Below, piece after piece: positions 31,639-41,352 of a stretch of DNA of 64,000 nt (the stretch's first letter is position 1; each line of letters opens with the position of its first letter). The notes under the pieces were generated by a model. That model had not been told where the DNA came from, searched no databases, and saw only the letters and a program-made list of their open reading frames with translations. A program made the position numbers and the translations under genes. The stretch comes from Mycobacterium sp. (lineage in GTDB: Bacteria > Actinomycetota > Actinomycetes > Mycobacteriales > Mycobacteriaceae). The DNA lies in NCBI GenBank assembly GCA_040512325.1, contig JBEVFK010000097.1:21372-85371 (forward strand). Reading direction: 5' to 3'.

Positions 31639-32268
31639 ATGACTACTTTCGAAGAGGCGCACCGCACTGCCATCCAGGCCTCGATCGACGTCGTGTCGTC
31701 GGTCCGGCCCGCCCAGCTCCACCTCCCGACACCGTGCGCCGGGTGGACCCTGGCCGACCTACTCACCCACATGACCGCCCAGCACCACGGCTTCGCCGCC
31801 GCCGCCCGCGGCCACGGCGCCGAGCCTGCCGCGTGGCACACCGCACCGCTGGCGTCGGCGATCACGGCCGACCCCGCGGGCACCTACGCCGCCGCTGCGC
31901 GCGACGTACTCCAGGCCTTCGCAGCCGAAGGTATCGGCGAAATCGCCTTTGCACTACCAGAATTCGGTGCCGACGTCGTTGTCCCCGGCAAGACGGCGAT
32001 GGGCTTTCACTTCGTGGACTACGTGGTGCACGGCTGGGACGTCGCCGTCTCGCTCGGGGTGCCGTTCACGTTGCCGGCCGCGGTGATCGACGCCGTCCTG
32101 CCACTGGCGCTGGCGGTTCCTGACAACGAGTTCCGCGACGGCGCCGACTCGCCGTTCGCCCACGCAGTCGAACCCACCGCCTCCGAGACCGACTTCGCCC
32201 GCCTGCTGCGTCATCTCGGACGCAGGCCGGACTGGGCCCACGCCGCACCCACCGTCACAGGCGCCTGA
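31639..32268 (+). CDS. TIGR03086-type MDMPI/DinB superfamily metal-binding protein
   Basis: PTPCAGWTLADLLTHM, DYVVHGWDVA, LGRRP. Confidence 0.85.
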   Translation: MTTFEEAHRTAIQASIDVVSSVRPAQLHLPTPCAGWTLADLLTHMTAQHHGFAAAARGHGAEPAAWHTAPLASAITADPAGTYAAAARDVLQAFAAEGIGEIAFALPEFGADVVVPGKTAMGFHFVDYVVHGWDVAVSLGVPFTLPAAVIDAVLPLALAVPDNEFRDGADSPFAHAVEPTASETDFARLLRHLGRRPDWAHAAPTVTGA

Positions 32269-32334
32269 TTCGCCCAGCAACCGATACGATCACCGCAGCC
32301 AGCACGGTTTCGTGCATCCACTATCGGGGGTTGC

Positions 32335-33387
32335 ATGCGTCGCGTCTTGGTCGGACTACTGGCAGCTGCGCTGACAGCCACAGTCGGTGGCGGCAGTGCC
32401 CAGGCGGCACCGCAACCCGCCGGGCACGCCGTGGTGATCGTCTCCGGCGGTGCGGCCACCAGCCCGTTCACCACCTCGGACCAGGCATGCGCGTCGGGTC
32501 TGGCGGCCGGCAACACCGACACCGCACTGCGCCAGGACCTGCTCGACCACGGCTACACCGTCTACACCTCCCCTGCTCTGGCCGGCCGCGGACCCGTCAC
32601 CGACCAGGGCGGTTTCGGCCCGTTCGGCGACTGCCCGATCACACTTCCCGACATCATGACCGTCGACTCCACCGGCAGCATCGACACCGCCGGCGAACAT
32701 CTGGCGAGGTTCCTGACCTACCTGCACGACACCCGCGGCGTCACCACGATCGACATCGTGGGGCACTCCATGGGTGGGCTCTACTCACGGGCGGCACTGC
32801 GAGTACTGCAGCGCACGGGTGCACCGCCGGCGATCCGATCGCTGACGACACTCGGCACACCGTGGCAGGGCTCGTATCTGACCGACTACGCCAACAACAT
32901 CACGCCGCTGTCGGACTGCCTGGGCGACCAGTTCTGCGAGACGGGGATGGGCGGCCTCAAAGATGAAGTGCAGCGGCTGATTTCGGGGTCCGGCCGGGAA
33001 GTCAATCAGGCCTATCTGATGGGACCCGGCGGCTGGAACGAGTTCCAGGCCGGAGTGCTGGATCAGATTCCGGTGGTGCTCATCGGCGGCAATCGTTTCC
33101 CTGCGCCGCGGGTTCCCGCCAATCCGACGGTGTGGCCCAACGACGGCATCGTGGCGTCGTGGAGCTCGCTGGCCACCGACATCAGCGATTCCGTGCTGCC
33201 CCACCGCAAGTGCGTCACCGTCGACGACACCCACAGCATCTTCGTCTCCAACCTGGCGGGTCTGCCGTGGGAAACCGGCTTGACCTGGGATCCGCGAGTC
33301 TTCGATGCCGTGCACGCTGCGCTCGACGGCGCCGACGGTGCCCTGCAGACACCGAATCGTCAGGGCTGCCCCGCCCCGACCAGCTAG
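32335..33387 (+). CDS. secreted esterase/lipase
   Basis: Signal peptide ending AQA, GHSMGG, TLGTPWQGS, NDGIV. Confidence 0.85.
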   Translation: MRRVLVGLLAAALTATVGGGSAQAAPQPAGHAVVIVSGGAATSPFTTSDQACASGLAAGNTDTALRQDLLDHGYTVYTSPALAGRGPVTDQGGFGPFGDCPITLPDIMTVDSTGSIDTAGEHLARFLTYLHDTRGVTTIDIVGHSMGGLYSRAALRVLQRTGAPPAIRSLTTLGTPWQGSYLTDYANNITPLSDCLGDQFCETGMGGLKDEVQRLISGSGREVNQAYLMGPGGWNEFQAGVLDQIPVVLIGGNRFPAPRVPANPTVWPNDGIVASWSSLATDISDSVLPHRKCVTVDDTHSIFVSNLAGLPWETGLTWDPRVFDAVHAALDGADGALQTPNRQGCPAPTS

Positions 33388-34196
33388 GCGTACTCCACGG
33401 TCACCGGCGCGTGATCGGACCAGCGCAACGCGTAGGCCTCGGCGCGCTCCACCCGCGCGGCTGCCGCGCGCGCACCCAGGCGCCGATTGGCCAGCTGATA
33501 GTCGATGCGCCACCCGGCGTCGTTGTCGAACGCTTTACCTCGCCACGACCACCAGCTGTAGGGACCGGCCATCTCCGGATGCAGGTGTCGGACGACGTCG
33601 ACCCAGCCGGCATCGAGCAGCTCGCTGACCCATTGCCGCTCACTGGGCAGGAAGCCGGATTTCTTGACGTTGGCTTTCCAGGCCTTGATGTCATTTTCGG
33701 TGTGCGCGACGTTCCAGTCGCCGCAGACCACCGCGTCGCGTTCCTGCCTGCTGAGGTCGCTCATGCGTTGGGCCAGCGCGACCATGAACCGTTCCTTCTC
33801 CAGCTGGCGCGGCGTCTCGGCCTCGCCGGTCTGGACGTAGACGCTGGCGACGGTCAGCCCACCGGCTGCGGTGGCGATATCGACTTCCAGGTACCGGCCG
33901 TGCAGCGCGAACTCGTCGACGCCGAGTCCGAGACGCACCGCCTCGAACGGGTGCCGGCTCAGCACGGCCACCCCGTTGCGGCCCTTGAGGTGCGGCTCGG
34001 CAGACGCCAGATGCCAGCAGTCGTCGAGCGCCGGCGCCAGTGCGGCGGCCAGTTGCTCGTCGTCGGCGCGGGTCTCCTGCAGACAGACCACATCAGCCGC
34101 GGTCTGCGCCAGCCAGGGTAGAAGCCCGAGATTGTCGGCCGAGCGGTGCTTGACGGCGGCGCGGATGCCGTTGACGTTGATGGTGCTGACGATCAC
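33384..34196 (-). CDS. exodeoxyribonuclease III family AP endonuclease
   Basis: NVNGIRAA, CLQET, GDWN, GWRIDY, SDHAPV. Confidence 0.95.
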   Translation of the reverse strand: MIVSTINVNGIRAAVKHRSADNLGLLPWLAQTAADVVCLQETRADDEQLAAALAPALDDCWHLASAEPHLKGRNGVAVLSRHPFEAVRLGLGVDEFALHGRYLEVDIATAAGGLTVASVYVQTGEAETPRQLEKERFMVALAQRMSDLSRQERDAVVCGDWNVAHTENDIKAWKANVKKSGFLPSERQWVSELLDAGWVDVVRHLHPEMAGPYSWWSWRGKAFDNDAGWRIDYQLANRRLGARAAAARVERAEAYALRWSDHAPVTVEYA

Positions 34197-34281
34197 GGAC
34201 CCAGACCCTAGCCGAGCTTTTTGCCGATGTGCGCATCGCCACTATTGCGGTACCGGCGGTATCACCTTAGTGTCGGTCGAC

Positions 34282-35133
34282 ATGAATTCCCCCGCCTTCA
34301 CCCGCCCTCCGATCCATCTGGGCACCGGCGAACCGATTCTGCTGCTGCACCCTTTCCTGTGCTCCCAGAACGTCTGGCGCACCGTGGCAGACCAGCTCGC
34401 CGAGACCGAGCGCTTCGAAGTCTTCGCCCCCACGATGGCCGGCCACCACGGCGGACCGGCCGTCGGATCGTGGTTCATGGAGACCTCCCTGCTGGTCGAC
34501 CATGTGGAACGCCAACTCGACGAACTCGGCTGGGACACTGCACATATCGTCGGCAATTCACTGGGCGGCTGGGTGGCCTTCGAGCTCGAGCGACGCGGCC
34601 GCGCCCGCACCCTCACCGCGATCGCCCCGGCCGGCGGCTGGACCCGATACTCCCCCACCAAATTCGAGACCATCGCCAAGTTCATCGGCGGTGGTCCGGC
34701 GCTGATTGCCGCCCGTCTGCTGGGCCCCCGGATCCTGAGCCTGCCCTTCGCCCGCAGAATCGCGACGCTGCCGGTCAGCGGTCCCGCCGACGGCCCCAGT
34801 GAGCCGGACCTGTTGGCGCTCATCGACGACGCCACCCACTGCCACGCCTATGTCGCGCTGCTGCTCAAGACCTTGTTGGCGCCGGGTCTGGCGGAACTGA
34901 CCGAGGTCCGTACACCCGTGCATCTGGTGCTGTGCGAAAACGACCGGGTGTTTCCCACCCCGCGCGGCAACCGGCACTTCACCGAGAACCTGCCCGAGGG
35001 GTCGACGATCACGCACCTCGCCGGACTCGGCCACATCCCGATGCTGGAAGCCCCCGGCCGGATCACCGAGCTGATCGCCGACTTCGTCGACGCCGATGTC
35101 CTGCCGCACCGGGCGGCGCCACCCGCCGGCTGA
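34282..35133 (+). CDS. alpha/beta fold hydrolase
   Basis: LLHPF, GNSLGG, GHIPMLE. Confidence 0.88.
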   Translation: MNSPAFTRPPIHLGTGEPILLLHPFLCSQNVWRTVADQLAETERFEVFAPTMAGHHGGPAVGSWFMETSLLVDHVERQLDELGWDTAHIVGNSLGGWVAFELERRGRARTLTAIAPAGGWTRYSPTKFETIAKFIGGGPALIAARLLGPRILSLPFARRIATLPVSGPADGPSEPDLLALIDDATHCHAYVALLLKTLLAPGLAELTEVRTPVHLVLCENDRVFPTPRGNRHFTENLPEGSTITHLAGLGHIPMLEAPGRITELIADFVDADVLPHRAAPPAG

Positions 35134-35160
35134 CGGTTGGCGGTTGGCGGGGCTTTCTCG

Positions 35161-35308
35161 TCGACGCGTGTGCACTCCACTACCCCCACCCGGCGAGTCA
35201 CGTCGCAAACCGCACACCCGTCAAAGCCGGCAGCCGGCCCGCGTCGACGCGTGTGCGTTGCACTACCCCCACCCCGGCGAGTCCAGTGGTAAACCGCACA
35301 CCCGTGGA
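35161..35308 (+). repeat. tandem doublet of REP-like type B units (period 83)
   Basis: TCGACGCGTGTGC..CACTACCCCCAC..GGCGAGTC..AAACCGCACACCCGT at 35161 and 35244. Confidence 0.85.
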
Positions 35309-35368
35309 GCCGGGCGCCCGTCAATAACCCGCTGGCACCAGGTCACCGGCTTGCGATACGCTGCAAGC

Positions 35369-35504
35369 GGTCATGAGCGCCAGCGATAAGCCCCGGCTTG
35401 CTGGCCGGCAACCCTCCAACCGCGGTGGGGTGCCCCGGGAGACGACCAGGTTGAGTAGTCGACTGTATTTCGACAGCAGTCGGCTTCACGGCAAGCGCGG
35501 GTCC
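35369..35504 (+). ncRNA. SAM-IV riboswitch
   Basis: GGTCATGAGCGCCAGC..AAGCCCCGGCTTGCTGGCCGGCAACCCTCC..CGCGGTGGGGTGCCCCGGG..GACGACC..GGCAAGCGCGG upstream of methionine biosynthesis genes. Confidence 0.9.
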
Positions 35505-35637
35505 GGCATGGACGGGCCCCAACCTGATGGAGGCCCGTCATTTGTCAATATGTCTATGACTGTCTATCCGTCGCTGACTTGATGACCCCCGACTAACCCG
35601 ATACCTCGCCCATGCCGGGCACCCGTAGGAGAGCACG

Positions 35638-36999
35638 ATGAGCACCCCAGCTGACGATCCCACTGCCAACTGGTCGTTCGAGACCAAACAGGTTCATGCA
35701 GGCCAGACCCCCGATGCGGCGACCAACGCGCGTGCGTTGCCGATCTACCAGACCACCTCGTACACCTTCAAGAACACCGATCACGCCGCCGCACTGTTCG
35801 GACTGGCCGAGCCGGGCAACATCTACACCCGGATCATGAACCCCACCACCGACGTCGTCGAGCAGCGCATCGCCGCCCTCGAAGGTGGTGTGGCAGCGCT
35901 GTTCCTGGCGTCCGGCCAAGCCGCTGAGACCTTTGCGATCCTGAACCTGGCCGCAGCCGGCGATCACATCGTGTCGAGCCCGCGGCTCTACGGCGGCACC
36001 TACAACCTGTTCCACTACACGTTGCCCAAACTCGGTATCGACGTCAGCTTCGTCGACGATCCCGATGATCTGGACTCCTGGCGCGCCGCCGTGCGGCCCA
36101 ACACCAAGGCGTTTTTTGCCGAGACCATCTCCAACCCGCAGATCGACATCCTCGACACTCCGGGAGTCTCGGCGGTCGCGCACGAGAACGGCGTCCCGCT
36201 GATCGTCGACAACACCATCGCGACCCCCTATCTCATCCAGCCGATCAGCCAGGGCGCCGACATCGTGGTGCACTCGGCCACCAAGTACCTCGGCGGTCAC
36301 GGCTCGGCCATCGCCGGGGTGATCGTCGACAGCGGCAACTTCGACTGGGCGGCCAGCGGCCGGTTCCCCGGGTTCACCGAGCCCGACCCCAGCTATCACG
36401 GCGTGGTGTTCGCCGAGCTCGGCCCGCCGGCGTTCGCCCTCAAGGCTCGTGTGCAACTGCTGCGTGACCTCGGGTCGGCGGCCTCGCCGTTCAATGCGTT
36501 CCTGGTGGCCCAGGGTCTGGAGACACTCAGCCTGCGGATCGAGCGTCACGTGTCCAATGCCCAGCAGGTCGCCGAGTTCCTCGAAGCCCGCGACGACGTG
36601 CTCAGCGTCAACTACGCCGGCCTGCCGTCGTCGCCCTGGCATGACCGGGCAAAGACGTTGGCGCCCAAGGGGACCGGTGCGGTACTGGCGTTCGAGGTAG
36701 CCGGTGGAGTGGCCGCGGGTAAAGCATTCGTCGATGCGTTGACGCTGCACAGCCACGTCGCCAACATCGGCGACGTGCGGTCGCTGGTGATCCATCCGGC
36801 CTCGACCACGCACGCCCAGCTGAGCCCGGCGGAGCAACTGACCACCGGTGTCACCCCCGGATTGGTGCGCCTGGCCGTGGGTATCGAAGGCATCGCCGAC
36901 ATCCTGACCGACCTCGAGCAGGGCTTCGCGGCCGCCGCTGCGGTGGCCGGCCCCATCAGCACGGGAGCCACGGACCCTCAGGCCGTGGCGGCCTTTTGA
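35638..36999 (+). CDS. metC: O-acetylhomoserine sulfhydrylase (Rv3340/MetY type)
   Basis: [45 protein letters not shown]. Confidence 0.95.
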   Translation: MSTPADDPTANWSFETKQVHAGQTPDAATNARALPIYQTTSYTFKNTDHAAALFGLAEPGNIYTRIMNPTTDVVEQRIAALEGGVAALFLASGQAAETFAILNLAAAGDHIVSSPRLYGGTYNLFHYTLPKLGIDVSFVDDPDDLDSWRAAVRPNTKAFFAETISNPQIDILDTPGVSAVAHENGVPLIVDNTIATPYLIQPISQGADIVVHSATKYLGGHGSAIAGVIVDSGNFDWAASGRFPGFTEPDPSYHGVVFAELGPPAFALKARVQLLRDLGSAASPFNAFLVAQGLETLSLRIERHVSNAQQVAEFLEARDDVLSVNYAGLPSSPWHDRAKTLAPKGTGAVLAFEVAGGVAAGKAFVDALTLHSHVANIGDVRSLVIHPASTTHAQLSPAEQLTTGVTPGLVRLAVGIEGIADILTDLEQGFAAAAAVAGPISTGATDPQAVAAF

Positions 37000-38135
37000 G
37001 CGAGGAGCGCCCCGTGACGATCTCCCCCGAGTTGACGGCCCTACTGCCCGCCGAAGGTGACATGGGCGTCATCGACATCGGTTCGGTGACGCTGGAAAGC
37101 GGCGAGGTCATCGACGACGTCAGCATCGCGATCCAGAGGTGGGGCGAGCTCTCGCCTGCCCGCGACAACGTGGTCATGGTGTTGCACGCGCTCACCGGCG
37201 ACTCCCACATCACCGGCCCCGACGGCCCTGGGCATCCGACCCCGGGTTGGTGGGACGGCGTCGCCGGCCCCGGCGCCCCCATCGACACCGATCGATGGTG
37301 TGCCATCTCGACGAACGTCCTGGGCGGCTGCCGAGGCTCGACGGGTCCCAGCTCGTTGGCCCGCGACGGCCGACCGTGGGGTGCACGCTTCCCGGTGATC
37401 TCCATCCGCGACCAGGTGACCGCCGATGTGGCGGCCCTGGCCGCGCTCGGCATCTCTGAAGTCGCCGCCGTGATCGGTGGATCCATGGGCGGCGCTCGCG
37501 CACTGGAATGGGTTGTCGGACATCCTGATTCGGTTCGCTCCGCGTTGATCTTGGCTGTCGGTGCACGCGCCACCGCCGACCAGATCGGCACTCAGTGCAC
37601 CCAGGTGGCCGCCATCAAGGCCGACCCCGATTGGCAGGGCGGCGATTACCACGGCACAGGCCGCGTACCGGAGGCCGGCCTGCAGATCGCCCGCCGCTTC
37701 GCGCACCTGACCTACCGCGGCGAGGTCGAGCTCGACACCCGCTTCGCCAACGATGTCCAGGGCACCGAGGATCCCCTGACCGGCGGCCGCTACGCCGTGC
37801 AGAGTTATCTGGAGCATCAGGGCGGGAAGCTTTTGGCGCGATTCGATGCTGGAAGCTACGTGGCACTCTCCGATGCGCTTTCCAACCATGACGTGGGCCG
37901 CGGCCGTGGCGGGGTGACGGCTGCGCTGCAGTCCTGCCCGGTGCCGGCGGTGGTCGGCGGTATCACCTCTGACCGGCTCTACCCGTTGCGGCTGCAACAG
38001 GAGCTGGCAGACCTACTGCCCGGGTGTGACGGCCTCGAGGTGGTCGACTCCATCTACGGCCACGACGGATTCCTCGTCGAGACCGAAGCGGTGGGACAAC
38101 TGGTTCGACGGACGCTGGAGCTGGCCGCCCGGTGA
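36996..38135 (+). CDS. metX: homoserine O-acetyltransferase
   Basis: [21 protein letters not shown]. Confidence 0.95.
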   Translation: MSEERPVTISPELTALLPAEGDMGVIDIGSVTLESGEVIDDVSIAIQRWGELSPARDNVVMVLHALTGDSHITGPDGPGHPTPGWWDGVAGPGAPIDTDRWCAISTNVLGGCRGSTGPSSLARDGRPWGARFPVISIRDQVTADVAALAALGISEVAAVIGGSMGGARALEWVVGHPDSVRSALILAVGARATADQIGTQCTQVAAIKADPDWQGGDYHGTGRVPEAGLQIARRFAHLTYRGEVELDTRFANDVQGTEDPLTGGRYAVQSYLEHQGGKLLARFDAGSYVALSDALSNHDVGRGRGGVTAALQSCPVPAVVGGITSDRLYPLRLQQELADLLPGCDGLEVVDSIYGHDGFLVETEAVGQLVRRTLELAAR

Positions 38136-38887
38136 GCGCGTCGAACAGGTCCACCAGCCGGAGCTGGCAGGAGCTGGCGGTCTCGTTCGGCTCCGCGGCC
38201 GCCGCCTATGAACGCGGCCGGCCGTCGTATCCGCCGGAGGCGATCGACTGGTTGCTGCCGCCGGGTGCCCAGACGGTGCTCGACCTCGGCGCCGGCACCG
38301 GCAAGCTCACCACCCGGCTGGTCCAGCGCGGCCTCGACGTCATCGCCGTCGACCCGCTCGCGGAGATGCTCGAAGTGCTCAGCACGTCGCTGCCCGATAC
38401 CCCGGCACTGCTCGGGACCGCTGAAGAGATCCCGTTGGCCGACAACAGCGTCGACGCCGTGCTGGTGGCGCAGGCCTGGCACTGGGTGGACCCGGAGCGC
38501 GCGATTCCCGAGGTGGCCCGGGTACTTCGTCCCGGCGGTCGCCTGGGCCTGGTGTGGAACACCCGCGACGAACGCTCCGGCTGGGTCAAGGATCTGGGCC
38601 GCATCATCGGACATGAGCGCGACCCGTTCAACCACGAGGTGAGCCTGCCCGCGCCGTTCGCCGACGTCGAACGTCATCAGGTGGAGTGGACCAATTACCT
38701 GACGCCGCAGGCGTTGATCGACTTGGTGGCCTCGCGCAGCTACTGCATCACCTCCCCGGAGAAGGTGCGTGATCGCACTCTCGATCAGGTCCGCGAGTTG
38801 CTCGCCACCCATCCGGCGCTGGCCAGTTCCACCGGGTTGGCGTTGCCCTATGTGACCGTGGGGATTCGCGCCACGCTCACCGACTAG
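38132..38887 (+). CDS. class I SAM-dependent methyltransferase (Rv3342-like)
   Basis: [25 protein letters not shown]. Confidence 0.9.
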   Translation: MSASNRSTSRSWQELAVSFGSAAAAYERGRPSYPPEAIDWLLPPGAQTVLDLGAGTGKLTTRLVQRGLDVIAVDPLAEMLEVLSTSLPDTPALLGTAEEIPLADNSVDAVLVAQAWHWVDPERAIPEVARVLRPGGRLGLVWNTRDERSGWVKDLGRIIGHERDPFNHEVSLPAPFADVERHQVEWTNYLTPQALIDLVASRSYCITSPEKVRDRTLDQVRELLATHPALASSTGLALPYVTVGIRATLTD

Positions 38888-38893
38888 CGCCGC

Positions 38894-39175
38894 TCAGCTG
38901 GTGCCCAGCGGGTCGATGGTCCAGGCGATGTAGATGACTACTCCGCTGACGGCGGCGGTGGTGAGGAAGTCGATTCCCTTGCTGCGCACCGCGAGTAGCC
39001 CCGCACGATCGTCGGCCAGCGCCAGTCGCAGCGCCGCGGCAACGCCGACCGCGATACCCAGCAGCAGCGCACCGCGGCGCCAGAAGCCGGCGGCCACCAG
39101 ACCGAATGCGGCGAGGAAGATCAGTCCGACCACCAGGATCGGCCACTGCGCACGCAGCGCAGTCCGCAGGGTCAC
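38894..39175 (-). CDS. DUF3017 membrane protein
   Basis: [23 protein letters not shown]; coupled to the folD stop. Confidence 0.8.
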   Translation of the reverse strand: MTLRTALRAQWPILVVGLIFLAAFGLVAAGFWRRGALLLGIAVGVAAALRLALADDRAGLLAVRSKGIDFLTTAAVSGVVIYIAWTIDPLGTS

Positions 39176-40026
39176 CGCCCCAGCGTTTTCTCGGCTCGTT
39201 CCACCACATTCGTCAGCAGGAACGCACGCGTAAGAGGGCCCACCCCACCGGGATTCGGGGAAACGTGGCCGGCGACATCCCACACGCCGGGGTGGACGTC
39301 ACCGGTGAGTTTGCCGTCCACCCGGCTGACGCCGACGTCGACCACGGCGGCTCCGGGCTTGACCATCTCCGGGATCACCATGTGCGGCACGCCGACTGCG
39401 GCGATGATGATGTCGGCCTCGCGTGCCAATTCCGGCAGATGCCGAGTTGCGGTGTGGCACAACGTCACTGTCGCATTCTCAGAGCGACGGGTCAGCAGCA
39501 GGCCCAGCGGCCGACCGACTGTCACCCCTCGCCCGATGACCACCACGTGGGCCCCGGCGATCTCCACCTCGAACCGCCGCAGCAGATGAACGATCCCTCG
39601 CGGCGTGCACGGCAGCGGCGCAGGCTCGTTGAGCACCAGCCGGCCGAGATTGGTGGGGTGCAGACCGTCGGCATCCTTGTCCGGGTCGACGCGCTCGAGG
39701 GCGGCGTTCTCGTCCAGGTGCTTGGGCAACGGGAGTTGCACGATGTAGCCGGTGCACTCCGGATTGGCGTTGAGCTCGTCGATGGTCTCGTCGAGGGTGG
39801 CCTGGCTGATATCGGCGGGCAGATCACGCCGGATGGAGTTGATACCCACCTTGGCACAGTCGGCGTGCTTGCCACGAACGTAGGCCTGCGAGCCCGGGTC
39901 GTCGCCGATGAGAATGGTGCCCAGCCCGGGCGTCACCCCCTTGGCGGTCAGTGCCGCCACCCGTTCTTTGAGGTCGACGAAGATCTCGTCGCGCGTGGTC
40001 TTGCCGTCCAGAACTGTCGCACCCAC
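39172..40026 (-). CDS. folD: methylenetetrahydrofolate dehydrogenase/cyclohydrolase
   Basis: [28 protein letters not shown]. Confidence 0.97.
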   Translation of the reverse strand: MGATVLDGKTTRDEIFVDLKERVAALTAKGVTPGLGTILIGDDPGSQAYVRGKHADCAKVGINSIRRDLPADISQATLDETIDELNANPECTGYIVQLPLPKHLDENAALERVDPDKDADGLHPTNLGRLVLNEPAPLPCTPRGIVHLLRRFEVEIAGAHVVVIGRGVTVGRPLGLLLTRRSENATVTLCHTATRHLPELAREADIIIAAVGVPHMVIPEMVKPGAAVVDVGVSRVDGKLTGDVHPGVWDVAGHVSPNPGGVGPLTRAFLLTNVVERAEKTLGR

Positions 40027-40099
40027 GCTGCCATTGTGGCATCGGACCAAGTCGCGCGTTTCGTTGACACCGTCGTCGGCGGCGTGTTGAGGTTCGAAG

Positions 40100-41290
40100 A
40101 TGAACACCAGCCCAGATGTGTTCAGTCCCGCAAAGCTCGGCCCGTTGACGTTGCGCAATCGCATCATCAAAGCCGCGACCTTCGAGGCTGCGACGCCGCA
40201 CGCCGTGGTGACTGACGACTTGATCAACTATCACCGCAGGCCCGCGGCCGGCGGGATCGGTATGACCACCGTCGCCTACTGCGCGGTGTCCCCCGGTGGC
40301 CGCACCGACGGCTGGCAGATCTGGATGCGTCCCGAAGCGGTGCCCGGTCTGCGCCGGCTCACCGATGCGATCCATGCCGAAGGTTCGGCGATCAGCGCTC
40401 AGATCGGTCACGCGGGTCCCGTCGCCAACGCCAAGACCAACAGGGCCAAGGCACTGGCGCCGGTCCGATTCTTCAATCCGATGTCGATGCGGTTCGCGAA
40501 GAAAGCCACCAAGGACGACATCGACGACGTGATGGCCGCACACGCCAATGCCGCGCGGCTGGCCATCGAATCGGGTTTCGACGCCGTCGAGATCCACCTG
40601 GGCCACAACTACCTGGCCAGCTCGTTCCTGTCGCCGCTGATCAACCGTCGTGACGACGAGTTCGGTGGGTCGCTGGAGAACCGGGCCAAGGTGGCGCGCG
40701 GCACGGTCCTCGCAGTGCGCAAAGCAGTGGGTGACCGGATCGCGGTGACGGCCAAACTCAACATGGCCGACGGGGTACGCGGCGGGATCTCCACCGAGGA
40801 ATCGCTGCAGACGGCGGTGTGGCTGCAGGAGGACGGCGGGCTCGACGCGCTCGAGCTGACCGCGGGCAGTTCGCTGGTGAACCCGATGTATCTGTTCCGC
40901 GGCGATGCGCCGGTCAAGGAGTTCTCCCGGGCCTTCAAGCCGCCGATGCGGTGGGGCGTGCGGATGATGGGCAAGAACTTCCTGCGCGAGTATCCCTATC
41001 GCGAGGCATATCTACTGAAGGAAGCCAAACTGTTCCGGGCCGAGCTGACCATGCCGCTGATCCTGCTCGGCGGGATCACCAACCGCGAGACCATGGATCT
41101 GGCGATGGCCGAAGGGTTCGATTTCGTGGCGATGGGACGGGCGCTGCTCGCCGAGCCCGATCTGATCAACCGCATCCGCGACGACGGTGACGCCCATTCC
41201 GTCAAGGCCCTCTGCACCCACTGCAACAAGTGCATGCCGACGATCTACAGCCATACCCACTGTGTGCTGACCGGGGCGCCGGACCGCTGA
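40100..41290 (+). CDS. NADH:flavin oxidoreductase (OYE family, Rv3359-like)
   Basis: [35 protein letters not shown]. Confidence 0.92.
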   Translation: MNTSPDVFSPAKLGPLTLRNRIIKAATFEAATPHAVVTDDLINYHRRPAAGGIGMTTVAYCAVSPGGRTDGWQIWMRPEAVPGLRRLTDAIHAEGSAISAQIGHAGPVANAKTNRAKALAPVRFFNPMSMRFAKKATKDDIDDVMAAHANAARLAIESGFDAVEIHLGHNYLASSFLSPLINRRDDEFGGSLENRAKVARGTVLAVRKAVGDRIAVTAKLNMADGVRGGISTEESLQTAVWLQEDGGLDALELTAGSSLVNPMYLFRGDAPVKEFSRAFKPPMRWGVRMMGKNFLREYPYREAYLLKEAKLFRAELTMPLILLGGITNRETMDLAMAEGFDFVAMGRALLAEPDLINRIRDDGDAHSVKALCTHCNKCMPTIYSHTHCVLTGAPDR

Positions 41291-41352
41291 ACCGGCGCGC
41301 GCCGCGCGCGGCCACCCGCATTCGATGAATCAATACCGTTAGAGTTGACGCG

